Assembly (NCBI GenBank): GCA_043228905.1
Contig: JBHGNT010000002.1
Coordinates: 21,886,001 to 21,950,000 of the forward strand
Direction of reading: 5' to 3'
DNA: 64,000 nucleotides
Source: Azolla caroliniana
Taxonomy: Eukaryota > Plantae > Polypodiophyta
Made by a program: the position numbers and the translations under genes
The notes under the pieces: model-generated
What the model saw: the letters and a program-made list of their open reading frames with translations, nothing else
Told to the model about the DNA's origin: nothing
Databases searched by the model: none
In this document: one piece after another, positions 23,853 to 37,289 of the stretch
How positions within the stretch are numbered: position 1 is the first letter of the stretch
Layout of the letters: every line of letters starts with the position of its first letter

Positions 23853-24450
23853 CAGAGGAAGCTTGGAGATGAAGTTTTCTTCGATCTCAATTTGCAGGGA
23901 GAAGCAATGGCAGCAAACAAACTCTGAGAGCTCTCTCACTCTATATACTATCTATCTATCTATCTATCTCCCTCTTTCTTTCTCTCACTGTGTACTTACT
24001 CTTATCCTTTTAACTGTTTTTCAAGAGTAAGCCGGAACAGAGGAACAGAGGAGGAGAAGCTATGGAGGGCTAATGAGGATGAGGATGGAGGGGTGAAGCA
24101 TCTCTATACGGGTGTGGTTTCCTGAGGAGATGGAGATGGAGATGGAGATGGAAGGGGGTGAAGGGGGGGGGGGGGGGGGGTAAATAAAAAGGCGGATACA
24201 GAGATGGGATGGGGGGGGGGGTAAGCTTTCTCTGACACAGGGAGAAAGAAGAGGCAGGGGAAGGAGGGGGTAGAGAGAGACAGAGGAACAGAGACAGGCT
24301 AGAAACAGAGAGAGAAAGAGAGAGAGAGAGAGAGAGCGGCAAAGCTTCTCAAGACGGCCACGACAGAATGGACGGACAGATGGACGGATAGACAAACGGA
24401 CGGACGGATGGACGGACGGATAGACGGACGGATGGACGGACGGACGGATT
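23804..24450. repeat. Simple-repeat-rich 5' region of the HD-ZIP IV gene: (GA)n tracts, G runs and (GGAC/GGAT)n
   Basis: (GA)n at 23804-23848 and 24305-24336, G runs at 24163-24180 and 24211-24221, tetramer repeats at 24369-24448. GA tracts are typical BPC/BBR-binding sites in plants (inference). Confidence 0.7.
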
Positions 24451-25749
24451 GGGATCCAAAGCTCTGTTTTTGCCTCTTTCTCTGTTTCTTTTTCTTTTTT
24501 TTCCCCTTCCTTTTGTTTCTTTTTGAATTTGGCGGGCCCTCCAAATTTGGAGGCCCCCCCCCTTCTCCCGCCAAATCTGGCCTGACCCCCCCCCCCCCCC
24601 TCCCCCACCAAATATTTAAAGCAAATCAATCAATCTTTTCTTTCTTTTCTTTTCCTTTTCCTTTTTTCCCTTTTTATTTCTTTTATAAAAACAATTTATT
24701 TAATACAAACAAAACAACTCAATTTTTTCTTTTTTTTTCGTTGTACTGGTCGCATATATACATACGATGATGATAAATCAGTTTTTTAAAAATAAACAAA
24801 TAAAATATCTTTTCTTTTTTCTTTATTTTTCCCCCTTGTTTTTTCTTTTTTTTTTTAAACATATGTATTTGCATGGAAATCAACAATAAAACATAATAAT
24901 GGTTTTTATGGTATTGCAATTTACCATGGAACATGTCCGTACATATGACTGCTATTCAGCACCTTTTTCTTAGGATCCTCCAGTCTCATTTGGAAGGAAC
25001 ACTCCATTTCCCACCCCCCAATCCTAGTAGTAGATATAGTAGTAGAATGTACTATTACTACTACTACTACTACTACTGCTATTACTTAACTACTACTAAT
25101 TAGGCCTGCCCTTTCGAAGGTGTAGAAATAAATAGATAGATACATAGCATTCGCTCACTTCGCGGTCTTGCTTGTGTCCTTGGTCATTGGCTTGGTAGTT
25201 TACACTATAGCATCAAAGTCATACAAATGAGAGAACCCGAAAGCTCAATTGTCACCAAGTGCTACGCCTCGCCTCATCCCATTGATTTCTTGTTGCTCTT
25301 AAACATATGTCTTATCTATCCTCCTCCCACATTTCTAGCTACCCTCGAAGTTTTAGGGAGTATGTATATGAGCCAAGCTCCGAAGATGATCTCCCCTCTT
25401 CTTCTTTTTACCACTCCTCAATCAACATCAACGTGTACAAGCGCGATTTTCACTGTTGAACTGTAACAACCACCACCAAAAAGAGGAGCAATAAGAAATT
25501 CAAAAGCATATTTTGTTCTTTCGCAAACTGTCGGCACTTAAAATCTTTTGTCGAAACAAGAGGGAAGTTACATTTTTCGTCCTTGTGAGAATGGGTGGAC
25601 ATTGTTTTTGCCCATCAAAAAAAAAAAGTGAACCTACCTTCTGAGATGAGCATTCATTCCCAACCCCGACTTTTACCTTTTCGCGCTATCAACTCATATC
25701 ACTGGGTTGTACTCGACTCCTTCTCTCTAGAGTCTAATTAATTCGCATC

Positions 25750-28150
25750 ACTATTTGAATACTTTACTCGTATTGAAAGTTGAAACCTCTCTTATCCATC
25801 TCACCTTTGCACATGCAGTTGTTGATTGTCCTTGCTCACATAACAAGCTATTTTCTCTCTCCAACCCAATGACCTCATGAAGGTCATTGATGGGGTTGTT
25901 TATGAATGGAATGAACCAATATTTTGCTTCCTTCGTCAGTGATCTCATAGAGACGCACATGGAGTTTGTGTATGGTTGGAATGAGAAATTCTTTTTGTTG
26001 TCATCGTCAGAGGAACTGGCCCCTAGAAGAAGCCCATGGGCAATCAATTAAAGCGCACTACTCGACATCAGCCTTGGATCCTGGTTATTAATACTCGAAG
26101 GGTTGACTCTTTTGCGTATGTTGCAAATGTTAAAGGCCAACTCCCTAGCCTAAAGACTAGGAGGGAGCATGTATGTAAACCTCCTATGTATGCCCATGAC
26201 TTTGGCTATTAATTAATAGCAAGAGAGTTGGAAAGAGAGAGAGAGAGAGAGAGAGAGAAAGTTTGCCATTGTGTTTAGGGAGAACATCCCATTCTAGAGA
26301 CTCTCTAGAATTTATGTGTGTACATGTAGGCTCATGATTCAACAACAAGAGACATAATGAAACCAACTATCAAGCTCTAGTTGATGCTCAAAGCATTCAA
26401 TAGATGTTAAAATACATTGACGTATCATTGTGAGATTCATCTAGTCAGGTGAAACACTTTAACATTCTACTAAAAAAACACTCATCCTCTCCAAACCACC
26501 ATCATAGTGGCCTTTGTGGAGGGCATGGTATCAAAAAACTCAAACAAGTTGAAAACAATAATTCATGAGCAAGGAGTGAAATAGATGATTTCTCCAACTA
26601 GAGGGTTTAGGGTTTAGGAGGAAACCTTCCAAAAAAATCTAGCATCCCTACATGTGGGTTGGTTTTCTTACTACTAAAATGTAGTTGCATGAAAGAGACT
26701 AAATGCAACAATAATTGAACTTCGTGATTTAACGAGGGATTGGTTCTCAACTTCCCCAACGAGTGCTCTACCAATTCAATAGTTGACCATACAAGTGTAA
26801 TGGTTATGAAAACCTCACAAATACCTTCTTGTAAAAATGCATTGAAGAAGTTCAACTCCCAAAAAGTCCACAATATGCATGAAATGCCATAAGAGGTTGA
26901 GAACTAGCACAACATAAAAATCTAGGAACTAACAAGGCCCTCAATGGCACAATGGAAGAAGCGAACTTGGTCAAGTGAAGGTGGTAACCAACAAGGAAAG
27001 CTTGCAAGATAGAAAAATAGATATTTTTTTAGCATCCATGGAAAGTACTTAATTATTCTCAGATCATTTGTTGGGGTTGACAATTTTGCCTGGGAGTGAA
27101 AGGTAAGTAAGAGTTTAATGGATTTGGCTAAGCCTCGAATGTAGTCAAGGGCTAAGCTGAACTTATGAAAACCTAATGACAATTAACGAGCTTTTGAACT
27201 AATTTTTGCTAATAAAGTTTGATGGTACTCACTAATCTCACTTCTTGAATCTTAGGGTTGTTGGCATAGGTTAACCCCTTTTGTCTAATTAGTTTAATAC
27301 ATCTTAATCATTTTGAACAAGATTAAGCTTTCATAACAACAAAACTTACAATCATGAAATCCATTTTAATTCTCTATTGTTGTTTTCATTCTACAATGTG
27401 CGTAAAGTTTATATAGCCACGATTTCTTTTTGAGATACAGATTCATTCCTCAAGTTTGATTTATGCATAAAACATTTTTGTGATTCCAAGGCGGCCCATC
27501 ACATTTTATCCCAAGCGGTAGGTGCATCATGGACTATTTTCGTGTTGCAACTGAAGAAGATATTGTCGTATAAAACATTTGACAAATAGCAAGAGTCTTA
27601 CCACCATGATATGTATTCTCTTGGACTACAGGATTTGGGATATATGTTGAGTATGGATAGAGCGAAGAGCTTTAGTATATGCGGAATCACATTCAAGCAA
27701 TGTTGGCTGCAACATGAAAGGTTTTTAGAGACCATAACAAGGGCCAATTGAAGATGGGTTTCAGACACTTCATACTACAGATATGGTCTCATGGAATCCT
27801 AGCTTGTTGTAACAAAGGTGGTGTTGGCAAAGGCTGAGTCTTGCCAAATGCCATCGTTGATAGTTAGTCCTTTTTTTGATGATATATATTATGGAGTGGA
27901 AACTATTATGTATAGTTTGTACATTGCCTTTGGCATTGTTAATTTTAATACCAATGGAGCATTTTTTTATCGAAAAAAAGTTTGATTTATGTAACATGGA
28001 TGTTAAATAGCACTTGCTCCCAACCTTGCATGTCCAAAAATGGACGAAACAAGTGGAGCTACAACTTCTCATCTTGAATACAATCATATTACAAAAGTGG
28101 GGGGAACGATTAGAAACCAACAACATAAACTTCAAACAACGATGACCAAT
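25750..28150 (-). mobile_element. Highly degenerate L1-clade LINE ORF2 remnants
   Basis: Frame-broken minus-strand motifs: KVRWIREVSTFNTSKVF (~25800), traces of RPITLLNV and YTKAL (~27700), TAWDKM*WAALESQ (~27500) and AIEGL (~26940). Confidence 0.5.
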
Positions 28151-30444
28151 GACAACCCTTGTGGCCCACGATCAGAGAACCAACTAGTTATAGAATAGAT
28201 GCTCCTGGCGCCAAATGGTGATGGTCAATAAGGTCCTAGTGCCCAATGACAACAACCAATAACCTTAGAGGGTTGGAGCTAAGAGAGCCCTCATCTCCAT
28301 AAGAGGGTTGGGAAAGAAGCAACTTATGTTGTTCTTTTTCATGATTAACATACATTGTTGCTTTTTTGCAACTTCACATGATGCCCTCAATCAAATAATG
28401 AAGTGTGTTAAGTCCATGCATATCCTTTTGTCGTTAGCACGAGACTATCCTCTCAAATCATCACCTTAAATGTGTTCACTTTGAACATTTTAGGTACACC
28501 CTATCCTCTTTCATAAATTTGTGGGTGTCTTCTCCTCCTCAAATATTACCCTTTACGTTGACTCTCTCTTGCTAGTATTTGCTTTCCTTGTCGACTCCCG
28601 AGTTTTCTACTATATAATCCATTGTATCACACTCATCTTTGTAATTCTCATGTATTCCACTTTGCACTACTCGGTATGAACTCATTTATATTTACACACA
28701 TGATTTTCATATATGTGTTGATGACATCGAGTTTCAAAGAAGAAAATAAAAATAGGTGATATTTACTAGAGTGAATACAAATGAAGGTAAATAGGATCCA
28801 TTATTTTTTCATAATAATCCTAATAACAAAATCACTATAATATAATAATATATCCTTATGTTAAATCACTAGTATTATTTTCAGTTTTGTATAGCACGAA
28901 ACATAGAAATTGTTTTGTAGGTAGTGGCCCGTGGGTATCCACTTTTGTTTTTATTCTTCCTCTTCTTTTCCTTACTTTTTCCTTTTTTTAGTCATTCCTT
29001 TCACATGATATCTTCCTTCTTTCTTTGATTCATTCTTCGTCATCATCACAGTGTCACTATACCCATAACGTCATTGAGTTAACATCTCGATTCATATCAT
29101 TGTCATGGTTCTTGCCTCCCAAACCCATTGCATCAGTTACATTTTTCATCAATTATTCTAGGTTGCATTTGTATAGCCAAACTTTTCATTTTCATTAGCA
29201 AGGTTATGGTTTCACACTCATGGTTACAAAGTGTTAAAAGGGTTGGATCCATCTAATACATTTGTCCTACTCCTACTACTTTTCTATCATGGAATTTTGC
29301 TTCCTTTACATGGAACTCATCATCGAAAAGTTCAAGCAACCAATATTGGTCTTGCCTCGTTGTCTCGTGCCTTGTTTAATACAATACCCCTTGAAGACCC
29401 AACATGTTTGTGCATAGTCACTAGTTATGCCTCCACCTCCTTTATTAGCTAGCCAGTTATTAGAAGTTTGGGTTTCACCTCCAAGTTGTCACTTGGAGCA
29501 TGCATCTTTTCTATAGAACACTCATGTCCCGCAATGTTTACATGTCTTGTCACGTCCATTGTCGTGAAGGATGTGACTTGTCTAGTTTGTGCCTATTGTG
29601 GCACTTCGCACTTGCCAATCGTTGGGTTCTCTTGTTTGTTGTCCACTCTACAATTGGATCATTGTCTTGGAAGAATGGGTTGGGTGACATGGTTTCATAG
29701 TATAACTTTAGTTAGAATTCATCAATGATTAACTTTTTTGTGACTCCACCATCCAATGTTCTATCATTGGTAAGTACCTTGATTTTGTTGACAATGTGGT
29801 AGGGTTTGATCCATTTTATTTGAACCTTCCCAACACAATGTTTGATCATGCCTAGAAGATTAGTACTAGTTTTCCAACATTAGATTCCTCTTCATAATGT
29901 TTCTAATGCCCTCCGTACATCCATCATTGTGAATGGTGTGATGTGCTTTGTTTGAGCCTAATGTAGGATTTTTCACAATTGCTCATGGTTGGGTCATCTT
30001 GGCAGTTATCCACAAGGTCAACAACTAGCTCCTTATCTCAAAAAAAGGGGTTAGGTGGCATAGTTTTATATTTAGTTAGACTCCATTAATCAATTATTTT
30101 TCAATTTGTTATGGATTAGGGTCTAACTTGGTAAGTTCCATTCTCAAATTTGTGATGATCTTATAACATTTGATCCATTTAATCCAAAGCTTCTCTCTTG
30201 CACAACTAGTTTTGGAAGACGAATATGTTGGTATGATCTCATATCCGCTTCTACCTTTGTTACTTGATCAATTTTCCTAGAGTTATCCACTATCTTCTCT
30301 ATAATTCTTGTCACTTGTTGGTTGAACATGGAAGTCCTTTGCAAAATATCTTTTATGTTTATTGCTACCTTATAGTCGAAGAGGGTATACAATACCTCAT
30401 TTGGTTACACCAATTGGTGTTGCATTCTTTGGTGGTGGGAGACA

Positions 30445-30971
30445 TGAACAATGCTCTAACTGTTTATTGTTTTTAGTTATTTGGTTGGGACTTGTTACTC
30501 TCTTTGATTTTGAATGTTGGCGTCTTTATGGTTGGATGATCATTCCACATATCGTTGGTTGGCACATGCAAACCTAGGACTGTGCTTGCTAATAAACTCA
30601 TTCTTTTTTTGCCCACGTATTGTTCTTTTTGCCTTGCGGCCATGTGATGGACTACAATACATCTATTAGATGATTTGGAATTTCTATTAATTGAATTGGC
30701 ACTTGTTTTGAACAATGCTCTAACTATTTATTGTTCTTAGTTATTTGGTTGGGACTCATTACTCCCTTTGATTTTGAATGTTGGCGGCTTTATGGTTGGA
30801 TGATCATTCCACATATAATTGGTTGGCACATGCAAACCTAGGACTATGCTTGCTAATAAACTCATTCTTTTTTTGCCCACGTGTTGTTCTTTTTGCCTTG
30901 CGGCCATGTGATGGACTACAATACATCTATTAGAGGATTTGGGATTTCTATTAGCTTTATTGGCACTTGTT
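30445..30971. repeat. Tandem duplication, unit 264 bp, inside a degenerate retroelement-like region
   Basis: Copies start with TGAACAATGCTCTAACT at 30445 and 30709 and are near-identical throughout. Confidence 0.9.
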
Positions 30972-32787
30972 TGCGTTTCTTGTCTACTTAGTGCAACGAG
31001 GATTGATGTCAAGGTTATCATTCATTCTAACAATGGTAACACAATATTAAATTTGTTCTCGTTTCTTTTGACCATTTCCTCCATTTGTGGAAATTTCCTC
31101 AAACTCTTGGAAAGTCCCACCTATTTCCCTGAGATTCCCCTTGGTTCCTTTAGAATTCTCCCCAATTCTAGTCGAAATCACCTCAATTCAAACATATTTT
31201 ACATAATTGCTTTGGAAGTGGGCATAGTTCATGTGGAAATCTCCTTGTTTTCGCTTAAGTTCTCCATTGTTCATTTGGAATTCTTAGCCAAATTGCCATA
31301 AGTTCCTTTAGAAGTCACATTTATCACTACTGAAATCCACTTGTACTTAATTTTTTGGATCTTGGTTTTGTTTTACACATGGCAGGTTGCATATTGTTGT
31401 TCATTTAATGCATAATTCGTGGATGAGTTTTTGACAGTGAAATAGATAATGCATCGAAACTTTTGTTGGAACCATGTCACATCCCTAGTTGGCATTGGAG
31501 ATAGTAGGACAATTTGGATTTTGATCAAAGTCCAACACGACCATGTTTTCATTCTTGATGCACCATATTCTTTCACTAACTTGTTTGACTATTCCGCCAT
31601 ATATCAAGTTTGTGTGGTTGGAATTCCAAATGATCAGGAATGATGTGACATGCTCTTATTGATACTCTCGATCACAGAACTGTGTAGGGGGGGGGGGGGG
31701 GGGGGGGGTATAACACATAATCTTCTAGTATTCCATAACAAGCTAATGTGTGTATTGGTCCAATGTTGCGATCTATTGAGTAAATTTTGAGTCCTAGGTT
31801 CATTGACATCTCTTTTTGCATTATGTCCCCCAAAACCTCTTAGGTCTCCTCCAACATGGTCTTGACTCTTCAACTTCTTCATTGGATTCATATAAGTTAT
31901 TGGAATACATATTAATCTAGGTTTGAACACTATGTTGTTATATAGTGATTGGTGTCCTCTCGTGCTCAATTTGCTCTTTAAGTTCCCCTTGTCAAATCCT
32001 TAACTTGAAATTTCACTACACTTCGAATAAATTATGTTTGCTTGTCACTTGGTGGGAAATTCATTTTGTTCACTAAGTATTGTTTATATTATGTCATCAA
32101 ATTTAATTATTTAGTCAACTACATTGACCTTTGAAGTACACATTGATCCCGTCTTAAAGTACAAGAATTAATGCATAACGATATTTAAATGTTGATACAA
32201 CAATGGAAAGATTAAAATTGGGTACATATAACAAGCTTAGCTCAAAACACTCTAATTAAATGTAGTGGGGGGGGGGGGGGGGTTGCATTGAACACAACCT
32301 TATAGTTTGTGTCCATATTCTTCCTTCTACGTACTTTAGATTCTATTACATTAAATGTGCACAATCACATTATATTCCTAAAGGCAAAACCTTTCCTAAC
32401 TAGGCATTCCTCTAACTAACATTATAAAGACGTAGTTAGGAATTCCTCTAACTAACTTATGTATACATATTTGACCTTGATCAGATTGGCAAACAATACT
32501 CCAATATTTATGACATGGTAACACCTTGGTTGTTGCCCATTGAAATGGATAAACCCTTGATGTTCCTTAAGTTCTTGAACTCATTTTTATTGCTCATCAT
32601 ATGCTAACTCATTTAAAACTCCAACCTATCCTTTACAAGCTATGAATGGGCCAACATTGCTAATTCATTTTCCCCGTCTATAAATAGAGAAGGCCTCCTC
32701 TTGGTGCAACGAGAACTCCTCAAAGGAGATCGAATCTCTAAGTTCATCTTGTTATTAGGATATTATATTTTGCAATCACCTTGAGAT

Positions 32788-32859
32788 GGTCCTATGGTCT
32801 AGTGGTTAGGACATTGGACTCTGAATCCAATAGCCCGAGTTCAAGTCTCGGTAGGACCT
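32788..32859 (+). tRNA. trnQ-CUG: tRNA-Gln(CUG), full cloverleaf, possibly a retroposed copy
   Basis: 72 nt. Acceptor stem GGTCCTA/TAGGACC, A box TGGTCTAGTGG, anticodon stem TTGGA/TCCAA with CTG at 32821-32823, T arm CCGAG-TTCAAGT-CTCGG. Confidence 0.93.
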
Positions 32860-33014
32860 AGATTGACTTTACAATCACCTTTCCTTTGCATCCTAATCCA
32901 TAGAAATAAACAATGACACACCGGCCTTCACTACCTCAATAATAATAATGACCATTTGTGTGTTGCATCAGAGTAGACATAAAGTTAGTTCTCCCTTGTT
33001 CACTACACTAACCA

Positions 33015-33355
33015 ACCTATTTAATGGGTGTTATCTCTACTTCTTTCTCCTCCTTCAACAACTCTTATCAAGTAACAATCGCAGTATCTAGTGCCATGTT
33101 ACCATGTTAACTTTTGCATAAAACAAGAGGAACCTACGGGTGTTATCTCTACTTCTTTCTCCTCCTTCAACAACTCTTATCAAGTAACAATCGCAAGATC
33201 TAGTGCTATGTTACTGTGTAAACTTTTGCAGAAAACAAGAGGAACCTATTTAATGGGTGTTATCTCTGCTTCTTTCTCCTCCTTCAACAACTCTTATTAA
33301 GTAACAACCCCAAGATCTAGTGCTATGCTACCATGTTAACTTTTGCAGAAAACAG
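33015..33355. repeat. Three tandem copies of a ~115-bp unit
   Basis: GGGTGTTATCTCTxCTTCTTTCTCCTCCTTCAACAACTCTTAT starts at 33026, 33138 and 33255. Confidence 0.9.
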
Positions 33356-34329
33356 AGAAACACAAAGGATGACAAAGGAGGTTGGTTACAAAACTCCTAA
33401 GTGAGCATATACAAATACAACTTAAAGCATAAAGTGAACATTTGGCTATATTTATTGGGCTTACTCTAACATGCTCTCTAAAGGTTCCCTATTTATACAT
33501 TGCTACCGGACTATGCCGCAACTACCAAATTCATCTACATCCCCACTTTGTTGTCTCGCGTGTAATTGTTTTTGGCACTTGTTCATACCCAACACGTAGT
33601 AAATATGTGCCCATAGCTTTGCTCAATGACTAAATGGGCATACCTTAGAACCAAAAACCTACACATTACAACCAATGTTTTGCTACCAGTAAAGTTGAAA
33701 TGGGTAGCAATTAAGCATCACTCTAAGTTACCATCATCCCTTTTTTGTGTATGAAACAAGCAACATTGCCATAAGATAAATAAATCTCTCATGGTACTAT
33801 TTAAGGTTACCAACATCCTTTTTTCGTTAACCTTAAATCTCTCATTGTAATCTTGAGATAAATAAATAATATGTAGCTAGAGCTAATATGAGAAATAAAT
33901 AATACCATGAGAGTTTTAAGGTTTAGGTGTTTAATGTTTGGCCAATAATATATATAAAAAATATGGTAATGGAATTTCGTGAAGGATGCACATTGTTATG
34001 CAAGCCGAATAAGAGTAAATGTAATAGGGTTAGCAATTCATATTCTAAAACTAGTTACACTAAATAGTTGTAGTATAACAATAGATGAATGTAACGTGGG
34101 TATGAGAAACTCGAATGTACGAGAAAATTGGAATTTATGTTAGAATAATGATGGGTCACATGAAAAAATAAATGTAAGTTCACACATGGATCAAATTGTT
34201 TTGATACATTGATGTGACAAATAATTTTGTATCCATGTTTAAAAAGTAATGCATCCAATGACACTAAACATTTCGAAGTTGCAAAAACAAATTTGGTCAT
34301 TGTATAGCATTGCAAGATAAGCCTCGAGG

Positions 34330-34369
<40 letters not shown>

Positions 34370-35501
34370 GTATATTCCTTCCTCCAAAATAGTTAATCGC
34401 TAATATCAAGTCTTTGGATAATATGTTTTACATCTCTATCTTTTTTATCTAGTTACATTTAATATGTGGCTCCAAAACTAACACTTTTTGTCTCATAAAA
34501 GTTGTCACCACATGAATTTTCTATTTATATATGTAGATTTTTTCAATATACTTTTGAATTGCATATACATTACACTGTTTTGATGTTTAATTTCTTAGTT
34601 GTAGTGACTCTAGCTTTTTCTTTCTTTTTTGTGAAAAGTAGTGTATCGATTAAAATATAATGATAATACTAAGATAATGATTAAAGTGTTCACAACTATG
34701 CGAAGATAAAGATTGTTTGTGCACATTGACTGATTAAAAACAATAAGTTTTTTGAGATAGCAAGTATAAACTTGTCAACAACACCAATGTTACCAACTCT
34801 AGACCCCAACAAGACTTTTATGTAGTGTTATATGGATTTAGTACTATACCAAAATGCATGCTTTATCATTTATTCACATAGCAGGCTATTTTCTAGATGG
34901 ATTGTGTCGTTAATGTGAGAGTGATTCCAAATATAAGACAACGTACAAAAATGATATAATCCCATTTATGTTGAAGGCCATGTGATTGTTATGCCCACCT
35001 TTAGTACAAATGAGCTAAGAAAGCGGAAGAATTTTATCGTTGAAGTTTATGCTTCATAAGGAAAGAGGCTATGTCCTTTTGGACCATGACCATTAGGTGT
35101 CATATCCTTGTATATCCTGAGATATGTAAAAACATATGTCACTTGGGGATGTCAAATTTATTGATCATGCTTCTTCATGGATGTACTCGAATATCCTATT
35201 TGCCAAGTGAATCGAATTGAATACTTCATAGAAGTTGGTTTGTTACATCCATTTGCAAATTTTGAATGTAAATCAGAGAAGGATTTCAATGGATTTTATT
35301 GGTTGATTGTCCACAACCCACAAAAATTATACCAAATCATTTAGGTGGTAGTTGTTAAAGTCTTAGTTTCAAGTTGAAGGATATAAACTTTAGTATTTTA
35401 TTCATGTTTGTTCAACAACGTAACATGTTTTTTTAGAAAGGTTTGCGTTAGATGTTTGGGGTGTCCCTAGGTTGTCCCAAACTAAACAGGGACTCACCAA
35501 G

Positions 35502-35859
35502 TGTTGGAAACGGTCGTTAATGATGCGGAATAGGATACAACACTACGTGATGAAGAATCAAGAACAAGATGAACAACATTAAACAAAGTAAGACAACATC
35601 AACAAGATCAAGGAGGTTGTATAGAGAAATTGAGAGAGAGACAGAGAGACAGAGAGAGACAGAGAGAGAGGCACAGGGAATACAATCTGTATTATTCAAA
35701 ATATAGCAACGCACATCATCATGAACTAGGTTACAGAGTTAGTTATATAATAACTTACCTACGACAATTGCACTTTGGTCTAATTATAGAAATGTCCTAA
35801 ATCTAGTATGTCCGAGTGGGATTGTGTGAATATAGCCCATAATACACCCGTATTTGACA
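35502..35859 (-). mobile_element. Solo LTR, 358 bp
   Basis: TGTTG...TGACA termini, flanked by CCAAG (35497-35501) and CTAAG (35860-35864), i.e. a 5-bp TSD with one mismatch. Confidence 0.6.
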
Positions 35860-36499
35860 CTAAGGAGCCCACTCCCAATCCCAAAGAAGGCGCCACCTTG
35901 GTTTGGAGGTGCACCCAAGAAATCCCAAACATAGTTGGGACAATCCCAACGTTCCAGTCCTAGGGTTTAGGGTAGCCCAAATCCACCTCTTGGCCTAATG
36001 GTTAGGGTGGCCCAACAATCACCTTTGGCCTATACAAGGAGGAGCTTCTCCTCATTTTGATTCATTCTTGACTTTTGAGTTGTCTTGAGTCCCTAACTTG
36101 TCTCGACTGAGTCTCAATTTGTCCCAACTCATCCCAACCCCGTCTTTGGTTTGTCCCAAATTTGGGAGTATTGTAAGCTTTTTTCTTGGATATAATATAA
36201 ATCCTCTTATGTGTCCCAATTTTAGTGTGCCAATTGTGTTTTGAGACCCCCATAAACTAGGGGCATAACATGCTAGTGATGAGACAACAACTAAATTGGC
36301 CTTATGGAGGTGATTTTCCTATTTTGGAAATGATTTCTTGGTTATCATGCACCTCTTTCAACCTCTTTCCATTTTTGAAATAAGGGTCTCCTACATAAAT
36401 ATCAAGACTAAGCACTTAGAGTACGCCCTCAACTTTTATTTCCTTGTTTTTATCCCCATAATATGTTGGTACTTAAATCACTATGACGTGTGTAGCACT

Positions 36500-37227
36500 T
36501 TTGCATTTAGAAAATCACGCTATTCTTAATACAAGGTTCTACTGCCTATATAGTCTTTTGTTGTTCATTTTTTGGTGCTTCTAATGATAGTAGTAAGACT
36601 TTACTAATATGTGCAAAGTGATCTCAAAAAATGTACATTCAATGGTTTTGGAGCTAGCATATTATCATGGATATTACATTGTATGTATGGGTTGACTATA
36701 GAAATTCTATCAAATTGCAATCAAAAGTTTCATATTTACCTTTGTCTTGTAAGGTTCATTTGATTTCTCACGCCTATAGAAAAGTATTCAATGGGGTTCC
36801 AAACCAACTACCTCGTATTTTATTAATCAAGAAATTCCTAGTGTTATGAAGTTGGATGTTTAAATGTCGACATAGTTGGAATGCTCTCAAGAAGAGAGCC
36901 CTAATGAGGCACATGACATGGTATTTCGTTGCACATACATGCATGATTAAAGAGTCAATGTGTAAGGTTTAGAGCATGGGATATGCTTTGACCAAGTGGT
37001 GGACACAAACCTAAATAAGAGAGGGCTTCTCAATTCTCTAACTAGCCATAGTTTCTAATGTCTAGTGCACAAAATAAAGTTTTTGTTTGTAGGATGGGAT
37101 ACATTACACTTTGCTTCATGATGCACCAATAGGATTCTTTGTGAATGAGGCCTTTTTGAAACATTAATGTATTGGCGACTTATGAAAGATGTGGAGTCTC
37201 GCATTGATCTTTGTGAACAATAATAAA

Positions 37228-37287
<60 letters not shown>
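36500..37287 (+). mobile_element. Degenerate 3' fragment of the RTEX-like LINE family ending in (CT)n
   Basis: 37107-37200 aligns by eye to 11057-11153 (TTGCTTCATGATGCA...AATGAGGCxTTTTTG...ATGTGGAG), then AATAATAAAA and (CT)~29. Confidence 0.7.

Positions 37288-37289
<2 letters not shown>

Larger units (their letters stand above)
32480..33700 (-). mobile_element. Degenerate Copia 5' part (LTR, PBS, gag remnant)
   Basis: Minus strand shows TATAAATAGG near 33490, an LTR end plus PBS-like GTTAACA-TGGTAGCATAGC at 33340-33322, and a zinc-knuckle trace PRCYH near 32520. Confidence 0.5.

Noticed and set aside
23633-24770. ORFs with RERERE, SLSLSL, PSVRPS and poly-Pro/Gly runs
   Set aside because: They are translations of microsatellites and homopolymers in the HD-ZIP IV upstream region.
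26700-26707. L1 box TAAATGCA as an HD-ZIP IV autoregulatory site
   Set aside because: It lies 3 kb upstream inside a LINE remnant, and an 8-mer like this is expected by chance in AT-rich DNA.
33015-33355. CRISPR-like appearance of regularly spaced repeats
   Set aside because: The whole unit repeats with no unique spacers, no cas genes are present, and the context is eukaryotic.
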